Made by a program: the position numbers and the translations under genes. Source: Myxococcota bacterium (GTDB lineage: Bacteria > Myxococcota_A > UBA9160). From it: a stretch of 64,000 nucleotides of DNA. Each line of letters begins with the position of its first letter. Within the stretch, counting starts at the first letter, position 1. Location of the stretch: positions 22,044 to 86,043 of the forward strand of contig JAWOLJ010000066.1 in NCBI GenBank assembly GCA_033853555.1, given 5' to 3'. The notes below the pieces were generated by a model that made no database searches, was not told the origin of the DNA, and worked only from the letters and a program-made list of their open reading frames with translations. This document shows positions 44,877 to 53,905 of this stretch, piece by piece.

Positions 44877-45251
44877 CTAGCGCCCCGGCGCGCTCTTGTC
44901 GCGCTCGGCGCGGAGCGCGCGCACGACCTGGCTCGCCACGGCCGCCACCGGCCAGCCCGCATAGTGCGCCACGTGGAGGATCAGCTCGTCGATCTCGACG
45001 TCGCTGAGCTGCTTCTGCCGCATCGCCGCGCCGAGATGGAGCTTCAGCGTCGCCTCGTGTCCGAGCTGCATCAGCACCACCAGCGTTGCGATGCGGCGCT
45101 CCTTCAAGCCGAGCCCGGGTCGGGCCCACACGTCGGCGAAGAGGTGGTCCACGGTGCTGTCCATGAAGGGCTCGCTCGGGATGGCCGGTGGTCGGAAGCC
45201 CATCACCCGGTCGAACCACTCGAGGCCCTTCGCGCGCTGCTCCTCGCTCAT
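44877..45251 (-). CDS. Carboxymuconolactone decarboxylase (CMD/AhpD-like) family protein
   Basis: MSEEQRAKGLEWFDRVMGFRPP...DHLFADVWARPGLGLKERRIATLVVLMQLGHEATLKLHLGAAMRQKQLSDVEIDELILHVAHYAGWP: CMD domain. ATGA overlap with upstream gene. Confidence 0.75.
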   Translation of the reverse strand: MSEEQRAKGLEWFDRVMGFRPPAIPSEPFMDSTVDHLFADVWARPGLGLKERRIATLVVLMQLGHEATLKLHLGAAMRQKQLSDVEIDELILHVAHYAGWPVAAVASQVVRALRAERDKSAPGR

Positions 45252-45916
45252 CGGCTTCCACCACGCTTCTCGACCGGTCCGAACTCGAAGCTCGCGGCGG
45301 TCGAGAGCCGCGTGATCTTCGTGATGGCCGCCTCCTCCGCGGGCGGCGCATCGTCCTCGATCGTCACCTCCCAGTGACAGACGGGCTTGCGGTCCTTGGG
45401 ATCGCGCGGGGGCCGGTGCACCGGGCGGCACTTCGCGCGCGGGTTCACCGCCTGCATCGTGGCGTCGAAGGTCGGATCCTCGATGTGATGGCACATCGAG
45501 ACCACTCGCGCCTCGCCCCAGGGCTCGACGTCGGCGAGGGCTCCGCAGTGGTCGAGCCAGAAGTATCCCTTCTTCGGGCTCACCACCTCGTAGTGCACGT
45601 CCATGTACTGGTGGGGAAAGCCCGGATCGAGCTGCAGCGACTTGAAGATCGAGGCCACGTCGTCGCCCTCGATCTTCATCGCCTTGCGGATGCGCTGGGT
45701 GTAGACCGGCGAGGCGCCGCGCCACTCCTCGATCGCGAGCTCCTCCATCGCCTTCGCCCCGAAGCGCTGCAGGATGGCGGGCATGATGGCGCGATCGAGC
45801 AGGTGGGCGGCGAGCATGAGCTCGCGGCACAGCGTGACCAGCGCCTCCTTCGAGAAGTCCTCGAGACGCAGGTCCGGATCGAATTCCCCGCTGTAGTCCT
45901 CGCGTTCTTCGAACAC
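45248..45916 (-). CDS. Hypothetical Cys/His-rich protein (222 aa), translationally coupled to the CMD gene
   Basis: MFEEREDYSGEFDPDLRLEDF...YFWLDHCGALAD...VSMCHHIEDPTF...KPVCHWEV; possible metal-binding; no family recognised. Confidence 0.55.
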   Translation of the reverse strand: MFEEREDYSGEFDPDLRLEDFSKEALVTLCRELMLAAHLLDRAIMPAILQRFGAKAMEELAIEEWRGASPVYTQRIRKAMKIEGDDVASIFKSLQLDPGFPHQYMDVHYEVVSPKKGYFWLDHCGALADVEPWGEARVVSMCHHIEDPTFDATMQAVNPRAKCRPVHRPPRDPKDRKPVCHWEVTIEDDAPPAEEAAITKITRLSTAASFEFGPVEKRGGSR

Positions 45917-45929
45917 CCTCGCTCCTCCT

Positions 45930-46793
45930 CTAGCGGCGCCGCGGATCCTCGAGCCCGTACACGCGGGCCATCAGCTGCGAGGCCAGCGCGGTGCCGGGCA
46001 GCGCGATGCCGCACTGCCGCGCCAGCGCCAGCGTCGCGGCGAGATCCTTCTCGGCGATCTCGACGAAGCCGCGCAGCAGCCCCTGGAAGCCCTCGCTGGT
46101 GCGGCTCGCCTCGGGAGCCTTGTGGAGCGCCAGGAACGCGCGCATCGGCTCGGTCAGGTTGCCGTTCGAGCCCGTCACCTCCTCCAGCACCGCCGGGGAG
46201 AGGCCCGCGGCGCGGGCCAGCAGGCTCGCCTCGTAGGCGGAGATCCACGCGAGGTAGGTCATCAGGTTGTTGCAGAGCTTCGTCTTGCAGCCGCTCCCGA
46301 GCGGGCCGGTGTGAACGACCTTCTTGGCAAAGCAGTCGAGCAGCGGGCGCGCACGCTCCAGCGCCGCGGCCGCGCCGCCGGCCATCACCGTGAGCGTGCC
46401 CTGGGCCGCGCCGGCCGCGCCGCCCGTGATGCAGGCATCGATCACCTCGACGCCGCAGCGCTGCGCCTCGACCGCCACCTCCTCCACCGTCGCCGGCTGC
46501 ACCGTGCTGTGGATCGCGACGACGGTGCCCCGCGCCGCGCCGGCGAGGACCCCGTCGGCGCCGCGCATCACGCTGCGCACGTCCGCGTCGTCGCGCACGC
46601 AGACGCCGATCGCGTCGCTCGCCGCCGCCACCTCGCGGGGTGTCGCGGCGCCTCGCGCGCCGGCGGCCTCGAGCTGGCGCACGCGCTCGGGGAGCGCGTC
46701 GCAGACGGTCGTGGGGAGGCCAGCCGCCACCAGCCGCTTCGCCATCGGCAAGCCGATGTTCCCCAGCCCGATGAAGCCCGCGCGGATCCCCAT
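45930..46793 (-). CDS. NAD(P)-binding 3-hydroxyisobutyrate/6-phosphogluconate dehydrogenase-like oxidoreductase
   Basis: MGIRAGFIGLGNIGLPMAKRLVAAG (Rossmann GxGxxG) ...GTLTVMAGG...ALERARPLLDCFAKKVVHTGPLGSGCKTKL: HIBADH family. Confidence 0.8.
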   Translation of the reverse strand: MGIRAGFIGLGNIGLPMAKRLVAAGLPTTVCDALPERVRQLEAAGARGAATPREVAAASDAIGVCVRDDADVRSVMRGADGVLAGAARGTVVAIHSTVQPATVEEVAVEAQRCGVEVIDACITGGAAGAAQGTLTVMAGGAAAALERARPLLDCFAKKVVHTGPLGSGCKTKLCNNLMTYLAWISAYEASLLARAAGLSPAVLEEVTGSNGNLTEPMRAFLALHKAPEASRTSEGFQGLLRGFVEIAEKDLAATLALARQCGIALPGTALASQLMARVYGLEDPRRR

Positions 46794-46797
46794 GTGC

Positions 46798-46848
46798 CCA
46801 GGCTACCACATTTGCATTGCGCTCGTTATGGAAATGGTGATAGCGTGG
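46798..46848 (+). promoter_or_regulatory. Conserved AT-rich operator/promoter element, copy 2 (between HIBADH-like gene and second P450)
   Basis: CCAGGCTACCACATTTGCATTGCGCTCGTTATGGAAATGGTGATAGCGTGG; see copy 1. Confidence 0.5.
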
Positions 46849-46855
46849 TCGGCCG

Positions 46856-48070
46856 ATGGACGCCGCCGCCCACCCGCAGGCGCCGCTCGAGTTCGACCCC
46901 TACGCCTACGCGGTGCACGAGGATCCCTATCCCTTCTACGCGCGCCTGCGCGCCGAGGCGCCGCTCTATCGCAACGAGCGGCTCGGCTTCTGGGCGCTCT
47001 CGCGCCACGCGGACGTGCTGGCGGCGTTCCGCGACTGGGAGCACCTCTCCAACCGTCACGGCGTGTCGCTCGACGTCGACGCCTTCCACGAGCGGGCCGA
47101 CACCACCATGTCGTTCCTGGCGATGGATCCGCCACGCCACGACCGGCTGCGGGCCCTGGTCTCGCGCGGCTTCACGCCGCGGCGCGTGGCGGAGCTGGAG
47201 CCCCACGTGCGCGCCCTCTCCAGGCGCTATCTCGAGGCGTTCGTGGAGCGAGGAAGCTGCGACTTCATCGGTGACTTCGCGGGCAAGCTTCCGATGGACG
47301 TGGTCAGCGAGATGCTCGGTGTACCGTCCGACGATCGCGCGACGCTCCGCGAGTGGGCGGATCTGGTGGTGCACCGCGAGCCCGGGGTGAACGGGCTCCC
47401 GCCGGCGGCCGCGCAGTCGGCGCTGCGCATGCTGCACTACTTCACCGAGATGCTCGCGGACCGCCGCAAGCAGCCGCGCGACGATCTGACCGGTGCGCTC
47501 ATCGCCGCTGAGCTCGAGGGCGATCGATTGACCGACCACGAGATCATCGGCTTCCTCTTCCTGATGGTGGTGGCGGGAAACGAGACCACCACCAAGCTCC
47601 TCGGCAACGCCCTGTACTGGCTGTGGCGGCATCCCTCGGAGCGCGAGCGGCTGCGCGCCGATCCAGCCCTGGTCCCGCGCTGGGTCGAGGAGACGCTGCG
47701 CTACGACAACTCGACCCAGGCGCTCGCGCGCCTCGCCGCCGCCGACGTCGAGCTCCACGGCCAGAAGGTCCGCGCCGGCGATCGCGTGGTGCTGCTGGTG
47801 GGCTCGGCCAACCGCGACGAGCGCGCCTTCGTCCATCCGGATCGCTACGACCTGCTGCGCGACACCAGCGCCTCCCTCTCGTTCGGACAGGGCGTCCACT
47901 TCTGCCTCGGCGCCTCGCTCGCACGGCTCGAGGCCCGGGTGTCGCTGGACGAGGTCTGGCGGCACATCCCCGACTACGAGATCGACGCGGAGAGCGCGGT
48001 CCGGGTCCACTCGGTGAACGTGCGCGGCTTCGCGAAGCTTCCGCTGGTGTTCGGTCGATCGGTCCGATGA
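46856..48070 (+). CDS. Cytochrome P450 (second, non-CYP51; CYP123/125-like class)
   Basis: ...FLFLMVVAGNETTTKLLGNAL (I-helix AGxETT), ETLRYD (ExxR), FGQGVHFCLGASLARLE (haem Cys loop). Confidence 0.9.
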   Translation: MDAAAHPQAPLEFDPYAYAVHEDPYPFYARLRAEAPLYRNERLGFWALSRHADVLAAFRDWEHLSNRHGVSLDVDAFHERADTTMSFLAMDPPRHDRLRALVSRGFTPRRVAELEPHVRALSRRYLEAFVERGSCDFIGDFAGKLPMDVVSEMLGVPSDDRATLREWADLVVHREPGVNGLPPAAAQSALRMLHYFTEMLADRRKQPRDDLTGALIAAELEGDRLTDHEIIGFLFLMVVAGNETTTKLLGNALYWLWRHPSERERLRADPALVPRWVEETLRYDNSTQALARLAAADVELHGQKVRAGDRVVLLVGSANRDERAFVHPDRYDLLRDTSASLSFGQGVHFCLGASLARLEARVSLDEVWRHIPDYEIDAESAVRVHSVNVRGFAKLPLVFGRSVR

Positions 48071-48852
48071 GCGCCGTGCGCGTCGCGATCGTGACGGGCG
48101 CCTCCTCGGGGATCGGCGCGGCGATCGCGCGCGCGCTCGGCGCCCGCGGCTTCGTGGTGGCGCTCGGCGCCCGGCGCACGGAGGAGCTCGCCGCGGTGGC
48201 GAGGCAGGTGGAGGGGGGCGGCGGCCGGGCGGTGGTGCTGCAAGTGGACCTCTCCGATACCGCCTCGCTCGACGCGTTCTTCGACGCCGCCGAGGCCGCC
48301 CTGGGCCCGGTCGACGTTCTGGTGAACAACGCCGGGATCTGCGTGCCCGGCCTGCTCCACGAGATCGATCCGACCGCCGTGCAGCGCGAGCTCGCGGTGA
48401 ATCTCCTGGCGCCGGCGCTCCTGGCGCGACGTGCGATCCGGTCGCTCCTCTCCCGCGATGTGCGGGGAGACCTGATCTGGATCTCGTCCGAGAACGTGGT
48501 GGCGCCACGGCCCTTCCAGCCGGGCTACACCGCCAGCAAGTGGGGTCTCGAGGGCCTCGCCCGCACGCTTCGCCTCGAGCTCGCCGGGACCGGCATTCGC
48601 TCCACCATCGTGCGCCCCGGCCCCACCTTCCCCACCGACTTCGCCCGCGGCTGGGACCCCGCGCTGGTGAAGCGCCTCCTCGAAACCTGGAACGCGCTCG
48701 GCCTCCAGCGCCACCTCCAATGGCTCCCGGCCGAGAGCGTCGCGGAGGCGGTGGCGGCGGTGGTCACCGCACCGCCGGGTACGCACTTCGACATCGTCGC
48801 GCTCGGCCCCGAATCTCCCCCCGAGCTGAGGATCGTCGGGACCGCGCGCTGA
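48067..48852 (+). CDS. Short-chain dehydrogenase/reductase (SDR)
   Basis: MSAVRVAIVTGASSGIGAAIARAL (TGxxxGIG), NNAG, ...YTASKWGLEGLARTLRLEL (YxxxK). ATGA overlap with P450 stop. Confidence 0.85.
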   Translation: MSAVRVAIVTGASSGIGAAIARALGARGFVVALGARRTEELAAVARQVEGGGGRAVVLQVDLSDTASLDAFFDAAEAALGPVDVLVNNAGICVPGLLHEIDPTAVQRELAVNLLAPALLARRAIRSLLSRDVRGDLIWISSENVVAPRPFQPGYTASKWGLEGLARTLRLELAGTGIRSTIVRPGPTFPTDFARGWDPALVKRLLETWNALGLQRHLQWLPAESVAEAVAAVVTAPPGTHFDIVALGPESPPELRIVGTAR

Positions 48853-48853
48853 C

Positions 48854-48872
48854 GCCTGCCCCGGCGGCAGGC
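48854..48872 (+). terminator. Putative terminator hairpin after the P450-SDR operon
   Basis: GCCTGCC-ccggc-GGCAGGC immediately after stop 48852; no U-tract. Confidence 0.35.
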
Positions 48873-48989
48873 GCCCGGCCCCACGACGCGGCGCGACGCC
48901 CGAGGCTCCGCTTGACAGCGGCGTCCGGCCTCGTGCACAACTCGCGCCAGAGCGCGCGCGGGGCGGCGCTCCTGCGTGTCGGGGAGAAC

Positions 48990-49751
48990 ATGCAATACGA
49001 GATCCGTTCCATGTCGTTCGGCGAGATCCTGGACACGGGGTTTCGGATCACCCGCAATCACTTCGTTCCGTTGGTCGGCCTGGCGGCGCTGGTGCACGTT
49101 CCGGCCGCGGTGATCAACGGCGTCCTGGGGCAGTCGGTGCAGCGCGGCTCCATGGCGGCGCTCGTCCTCAGTGGCACGTTCAGCCTCGTGCTGTTCGGGC
49201 TGCTCAATCCTTTCGTCCAGGTCGCCATCACCCGCATCATCGGCGGGTTCTATCAGGGCGAGGCGCCCAGCATCGGCGAGGGCTTCCGCGAGGCCTTCCG
49301 GATCCTCTTCCCTCTGCTCGGAACCTCCCTGCTGGGCGGGCTCCTGACGATCGGGGGGATGATCCTGCTGGTGATCCCGGGGCTCTGGGTGATGTTCGGC
49401 CTGGTGATCCTCTCGCCGGTGATGGTGCTCGAGCACCGCTTCGGACGAGCAGGCATTCGCCGTAGCCTCGATCTGATGAAGGGCGAGCGGCTGCGTGCCT
49501 TCGGGATCCTCCTCCTGGTGAGCCTCATCGTGGTCGTTCTGGGCTCGGCCTTCGGCCTGGCCAGCATGGTCCTTCCGTACGCCGGCTCCGTCGCCGCAGG
49601 CCTGGCCCAAGCGGTCGGCACCGCGTTCGGCGCGGCCGTGCTGGTGGTGCTCTACTTCGAGATCCGCTGCCGCAAGGAGGGCTTCGAGATCGAGCATCTG
49701 GCCCGCCTGGTGCAGCAGGGCACCGGTCCCGCCCGCACCGCGCTCTCGTGA
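48990..49751 (+). CDS. Hypothetical polytopic membrane protein, first gene of the MoxR/DUF58 operon
   Basis: ATG 48990 after GGGGAGAA; MQYEIRSMSFGEILDTGFRITRNHFVPLVGLAALVHVPAAVING... about 6 TM, 253 aa. Confidence 0.65.
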   Translation: MQYEIRSMSFGEILDTGFRITRNHFVPLVGLAALVHVPAAVINGVLGQSVQRGSMAALVLSGTFSLVLFGLLNPFVQVAITRIIGGFYQGEAPSIGEGFREAFRILFPLLGTSLLGGLLTIGGMILLVIPGLWVMFGLVILSPVMVLEHRFGRAGIRRSLDLMKGERLRAFGILLLVSLIVVVLGSAFGLASMVLPYAGSVAAGLAQAVGTAFGAAVLVVLYFEIRCRKEGFEIEHLARLVQQGTGPARTALS

Positions 49752-50374
49752 TCGATCCTTCGAGGCTGGCCGATGCCCGTGTGCAGGAGCTCGCACGCTC
49801 CATTCTCGCCCGCGAGGAGTACACGCGCTTCCGGCCGGTGGACCTGGAGGCCTGGCGAGCGTGGCTCGAGCGGATCGCCGACGCCTTCCGCTGGCTCTCC
49901 TACCTCTCCGTCGAGCGGCCGCTCCTGTGGGTGATCCTGCTCTTCGGCCTGCTGGCGCTCGCGAGCCTGCTCCTGGCCCATCTCGTCTACTCGATGCGCG
50001 CGGCGATGAGAGCCAGCGCTCCGACGCCGCGACGGCCGGTGTCGCTGGAGTCGGACCTGCGGGGAGAGGCGGCACGGCTGGTCGCGGCGGACCGCTTCCT
50101 CGACGCGGCCCACGTGCTGCAGCTCGCCTGTCTGCGCCAGCTCGTCCAGGCCGGTGTCCTCGAGCTGCGGCGCCACGATCCGAACCCGGTGCTGCGTTCG
50201 CAGGTCGCGAGCTCGGCGCTGCCGGATGCGGAACGACGGGAGCTCCTGTCGCTCCTCGACCGGCTCGAGACGCGCTGGTTCCGCGATCGGGCACCGGATC
50301 CGACGGACCGGGCGCTCTTCGAAGCCTGGCACCGTCTGCTCGAGCGGCTGACGGCCCTCGGTGCCGCTGCATGA
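49748..50374 (+). CDS. DUF4129 domain protein (TM + C-terminal DUF4129)
   Basis: GTGA overlap; ...SYLSVERPLLWVILLFGLLALASLLLAHLV (TM) ...AARLVAADRFLDAAHVLQLACLRQLVQAGVLELRRHDPNPVL...ETRWFRDRAPDPTD. Confidence 0.65.
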   Translation: MIDPSRLADARVQELARSILAREEYTRFRPVDLEAWRAWLERIADAFRWLSYLSVERPLLWVILLFGLLALASLLLAHLVYSMRAAMRASAPTPRRPVSLESDLRGEAARLVAADRFLDAAHVLQLACLRQLVQAGVLELRRHDPNPVLRSQVASSALPDAERRELLSLLDRLETRWFRDRAPDPTDRALFEAWHRLLERLTALGAAA

Positions 50375-51618
50375 GCCGGTCGGCGCGCGTCTCGGGGCTC
50401 GCGGCGTTCTTCGTGCTCCTCCTGGTGGGCCTCTGGTCGCAGACCGACACGCGGAAGCTGAGCGCGACCAGCTTCGGAAAAGTGCCGGTCGGAGAGGGCG
50501 CCATCTACGACCTGCTGCGGGAGCTCGGGCTCCCCGTCGCCCGCAGCTTCGCGCCGCTCGAGCGCCTGCCTGCCGAAGCCACGGTCTGGTGGATCGAGCC
50601 GAGTGGCGTCGGCTCGTCGCCGGATGAACTCGAAGCGGCGTTCCAGAAGCTCGGCGGCCGGCGACCCGACGAGCCGAGCGCCCTGGCCGGCGAGCGGCTG
50701 GCGGGCTGGATCGAGTCCGGCGGGAGCGCGGTCGTCCTGCTGCCTCGCTCGACCGGCGACGCGCCCGCGCTGACGCTCGCAGGTGTCGAGCTACCGGCTC
50801 GCCGCCCGCTCGGCGCGCCGGCGGCGAAGGGCGACGCTCCCGAGGCCGGGCCCGGGGCTCACCCGCGGCGGCCGGCGTCCGGGAAGGAGCAGCGCTCGCT
50901 CGTGGAGGGAGGCCTCGTCCCGGTGCCGCGCACGCTGCTGCTGCCGCGCCCGACGGTCTTCGTGGCCGACGCCGCCCACGCCGGGGACTTCGCCGTGATC
51001 GCGCGACTGGAAGGCCAGCCCTTCGTGCTGGAGCGCCGGATCGGCAAGGGACGCCTGGTGGTCGCGGCCGACGCGCGCTTCGTGTGGAACGACTGGCTCG
51101 ACCGGGCGGACTCGGCGCTCCTCGCCTTCGACCTGGTTCGCCGCTACGGAACGCCGTGGATCGACGAGCACGAGCATGGGATCACGACCCCCCGCAGCGC
51201 GGTCTCCTATCTCGTGCGCTCGCCCGCGCTGGCCTTCTTCGTGGGCCTCGCGCTCCTCGTGCTGACGATCGCGTGGAGGGGCGCCGCCGACCCTCCGCGC
51301 CGGGTGGCCGAGCGCGATCCGGGGGCGCCCACGCTCGAGAGCTACGTGGACTCGCTGGCGGGGCTCTACGCCGCCACGGGCGATCACCCGCGCGTGCTCG
51401 AGCGATCCCGCGAGGTCGCGGCGCGCCGGCTGCGCCGCGGCTTCGGAATGCCGCCGGACACGCCCATGGAGCGGCTCCTCGAGCGGCTCGCGAGGCGGCG
51501 CCGGCTCGCTCGCGAGGGGCTCTCCGTCTTCGCGGAGGGCGCCAACGTGCGCACAGCCACGGAGCTCGAGCGCGCCATCGTGGTGCTCGATCGCTTCGTC
51601 GAGGAGGCCCTCTCGTGA
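50371..51618 (+). CDS. DUF4350-like protein (N-terminal TM, large periplasmic domain, C-terminal TM)
   Basis: ATGA overlap; MSRSARVSGLAAFFVLLLVGLW... and second TM YLVRSPALAFFVGLALLVLTIAW. Confidence 0.65.
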   Translation: MSRSARVSGLAAFFVLLLVGLWSQTDTRKLSATSFGKVPVGEGAIYDLLRELGLPVARSFAPLERLPAEATVWWIEPSGVGSSPDELEAAFQKLGGRRPDEPSALAGERLAGWIESGGSAVVLLPRSTGDAPALTLAGVELPARRPLGAPAAKGDAPEAGPGAHPRRPASGKEQRSLVEGGLVPVPRTLLLPRPTVFVADAAHAGDFAVIARLEGQPFVLERRIGKGRLVVAADARFVWNDWLDRADSALLAFDLVRRYGTPWIDEHEHGITTPRSAVSYLVRSPALAFFVGLALLVLTIAWRGAADPPRRVAERDPGAPTLESYVDSLAGLYAATGDHPRVLERSREVAARRLRRGFGMPPDTPMERLLERLARRRRLAREGLSVFAEGANVRTATELERAIVVLDRFVEEALS

Positions 51619-52577
51619 GCGAATCGCCGCGAATCGACGTGAGCCCGGTGACGGAGCTGTACCGCGACCTCCACGATGGCGTCTCGGCCGTCGTGATCGG
51701 CCAGGAGCAGGCCGTCCGGCTCGCCGTTGTCACGCTTCTGTGTCGAAGCCACAGCCTGATCGAGGGCGTCCCCGGCGTGGCCAAGACGCTCCTGGTGCGG
51801 GCGCTCGCCGCCTGTCTCGGGATCCGCTTCGGCCGCATCCAGTTCACGCCCGACCTCATGCCGAGCGACATCGTCGGCACGCAGGTCCTGGATCCCGCCC
51901 GCGGCGAGCTGCGTTTTCGCCAGGGTCCGCTCTTCACGGACCTCCTGCTGGCCGACGAGATCAACCGCGCCTCGGCGAAGACGCAGGCGGCGCTGCTCGA
52001 GGCGATGCAGGAGCGCGCGGCGACCGTCGATGGCGTTCGCCACGAGCTCGGGCGGGACTTCACGGTCTTCGCCACCCAGAACCCCGTGGAGCAGGAAGGG
52101 ACCTACCCGCTCCCGGAGGCGGAGCTCGACCGGTTCTTGTTCCGGATCGTGATCGACTATCCGACGGCGGCCGACGAGCGGTCGCTCCTGGCCCGTCACC
52201 ATGCGGAGGACGCCGCGCCGCCGGTGCCCGCGCGCGTGGTCTCCGTCGACGCGCTCGAGGCGGCGCGCTCCTGCGCGCGCAGCGTGGTCGTGCGGGAGGA
52301 GATCCTGGCCTACGTATCGGACCTGGTGCGCGCCACGCGAGGCGATCTCCAGTTCGCCCTCGGCGGCTCCCCGCGTGCCGGAGTGCTCCTGGTGCGGGCG
52401 GCGAAGGCCCATGCCGCGCTCGCGGGCCGCGACTTCGTGCTGCCGGAGGACGTCCAGGCCTCGTGGCTCCCCGCGCTCCGCCACCGCGTGGTGCTCGAGC
52501 CGTCGGCGGAGGTGGAGGGGGTGACCCCCGACGAGGCCCTGCGCAGGACGCTCGAGAGCGTGACGGTCCCGCGGTGA
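51615..52577 (+). CDS. MoxR-family AAA+ ATPase
   Basis: ...VIGQEQAVRLAVVTLLCRSHSLIEGVPGVAKTLLVRALAA (Walker A GxxGxxKT), LLLADEINRASAKTQAALLEAMQER (Walker B/sensor), NPVEQEGTYPLPEAELDRF. GTGA overlap. Confidence 0.9.
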   Translation: MSESPRIDVSPVTELYRDLHDGVSAVVIGQEQAVRLAVVTLLCRSHSLIEGVPGVAKTLLVRALAACLGIRFGRIQFTPDLMPSDIVGTQVLDPARGELRFRQGPLFTDLLLADEINRASAKTQAALLEAMQERAATVDGVRHELGRDFTVFATQNPVEQEGTYPLPEAELDRFLFRIVIDYPTAADERSLLARHHAEDAAPPVPARVVSVDALEAARSCARSVVVREEILAYVSDLVRATRGDLQFALGGSPRAGVLLVRAAKAHAALAGRDFVLPEDVQASWLPALRHRVVLEPSAEVEGVTPDEALRRTLESVTVPR

Positions 52578-53905
52578 GGCTCTCGCCGACCGGGGCGCTC
52601 CTGCGCGCGCTCGGCGCCTGGACGGCCGCGACGCTCGTCGTGGTCCTGGTTCCGCCGCTCTGGCCGATCGCCGCCGCGACCCTCGGCGCGTTGATCCTGC
52701 TGGTGGGCCTCGATGCCCGACTGGTGTCGCGCTCGTCTCCCCTCGTCCTCTCGCGCCACCTGCCGGAGCGGGCCTTCGTGGGCCAGGAGGCCTGGCTCGA
52801 GCTCCGGCTGCGGCATGCGCGGCCGACGGCGCTCCGGGCCGAGGTCTCCGAGGAGCTTCCGAGCGACGTGGCGCCGGTGGAGCCCCGCTTCCCGGAGGTC
52901 ACGATCCCGCCCGGGGAGACCTGCGTCCTGCGCTATGCCGTGCGACCGGCCCGGCGCGGAGATCGCGGGCTGGGAGCGGCCGTCGCCTTCGAGCGCGCTC
53001 CCCTCGGATTGCTGCGCCGGCGCGTGATGGCCCCGGCAGGCGAGCCGCTCCGCGTGTACCCCGACACCACGCGCTACACGCGGCAGGCCCTCGATCCGCG
53101 CCGGATCCTGACGGAGCTCGGCGTGAAGCCGGCTCCGCGGCGTGGCGAGGGCACGGAGTTCGACTCGCTCCGCGAGTACGTGCCGGGAGACGATCCGCGG
53201 CGCCTCGACTGGGCGGCGAGCGCCCGGCGGGGGCGTCCGGTGGTGCGGCTCTACCGACACGAGCACAACCACGCGGTGCTGATCGCAGTGGACGCGAGCC
53301 GGCTGATGGGCGCGCTCTCCGAGGGACGCAGCAAGCTCGATCACGCGATCGATGCTGCCCTGGCGCTGGCCTGCACCTCGCTCGCAGTGGGCGATCGCGT
53401 CGGACTCGCGGTCTTCGACGAGCGCGTGCGCTCGTTCCTCCCGCCGCGCGCCCGCCGAGAACGGATCGGGACCTTCGCGGACGTGCTGCGTCCACTGGAG
53501 GTGCGCCGCGTCGAGGCCGACTACGGCGCGCTGGTGCGGGAGCTCGCGCTGCGGCAGCGACAGCGCTCGCTGGTCGTGGTGCTCTCGGACTTCGTGGAGG
53601 CGGAGGCCGCGCGCGTGGTGGACCCCCTGGCGGTCCTGGCGCGGAGGCACCGTGTGCTCCTCGCCGCCCTGCGCGATCCGGTGTTCGGGCTCCTCGACGG
53701 CGGGGTCCACACGCTCGGCTCCGGGGTCGAGCGGCGCGCGCTCCTCTACCGGCGCCTCGTGCTGGACGATCTCCTGCACGAGCGCGAGACCGCGTTGGCC
53801 GCGCTTCGCCGACGGGGCGTCGAGACCCTCGACCTCCCGCCGCTGTCGGTCACGGCGCAGGTGCTGAACCGCTACCTGGCGTTTCGCTACGGAGCGGAGC
53901 GATGA
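52574..53905 (+). CDS. DUF58 (vWA-like) protein, MoxR partner
   Basis: N-terminal 2 TM, ...GEGTEFDSLREYVPGDDPRRLDWAASARRGRPVVRLYRHEHNHAVLIAVDASRLM (DUF58 signature). GTGA overlap. Confidence 0.85.
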   Translation: MRLSPTGALLRALGAWTAATLVVVLVPPLWPIAAATLGALILLVGLDARLVSRSSPLVLSRHLPERAFVGQEAWLELRLRHARPTALRAEVSEELPSDVAPVEPRFPEVTIPPGETCVLRYAVRPARRGDRGLGAAVAFERAPLGLLRRRVMAPAGEPLRVYPDTTRYTRQALDPRRILTELGVKPAPRRGEGTEFDSLREYVPGDDPRRLDWAASARRGRPVVRLYRHEHNHAVLIAVDASRLMGALSEGRSKLDHAIDAALALACTSLAVGDRVGLAVFDERVRSFLPPRARRERIGTFADVLRPLEVRRVEADYGALVRELALRQRQRSLVVVLSDFVEAEAARVVDPLAVLARRHRVLLAALRDPVFGLLDGGVHTLGSGVERRALLYRRLVLDDLLHERETALAALRRRGVETLDLPPLSVTAQVLNRYLAFRYGAER

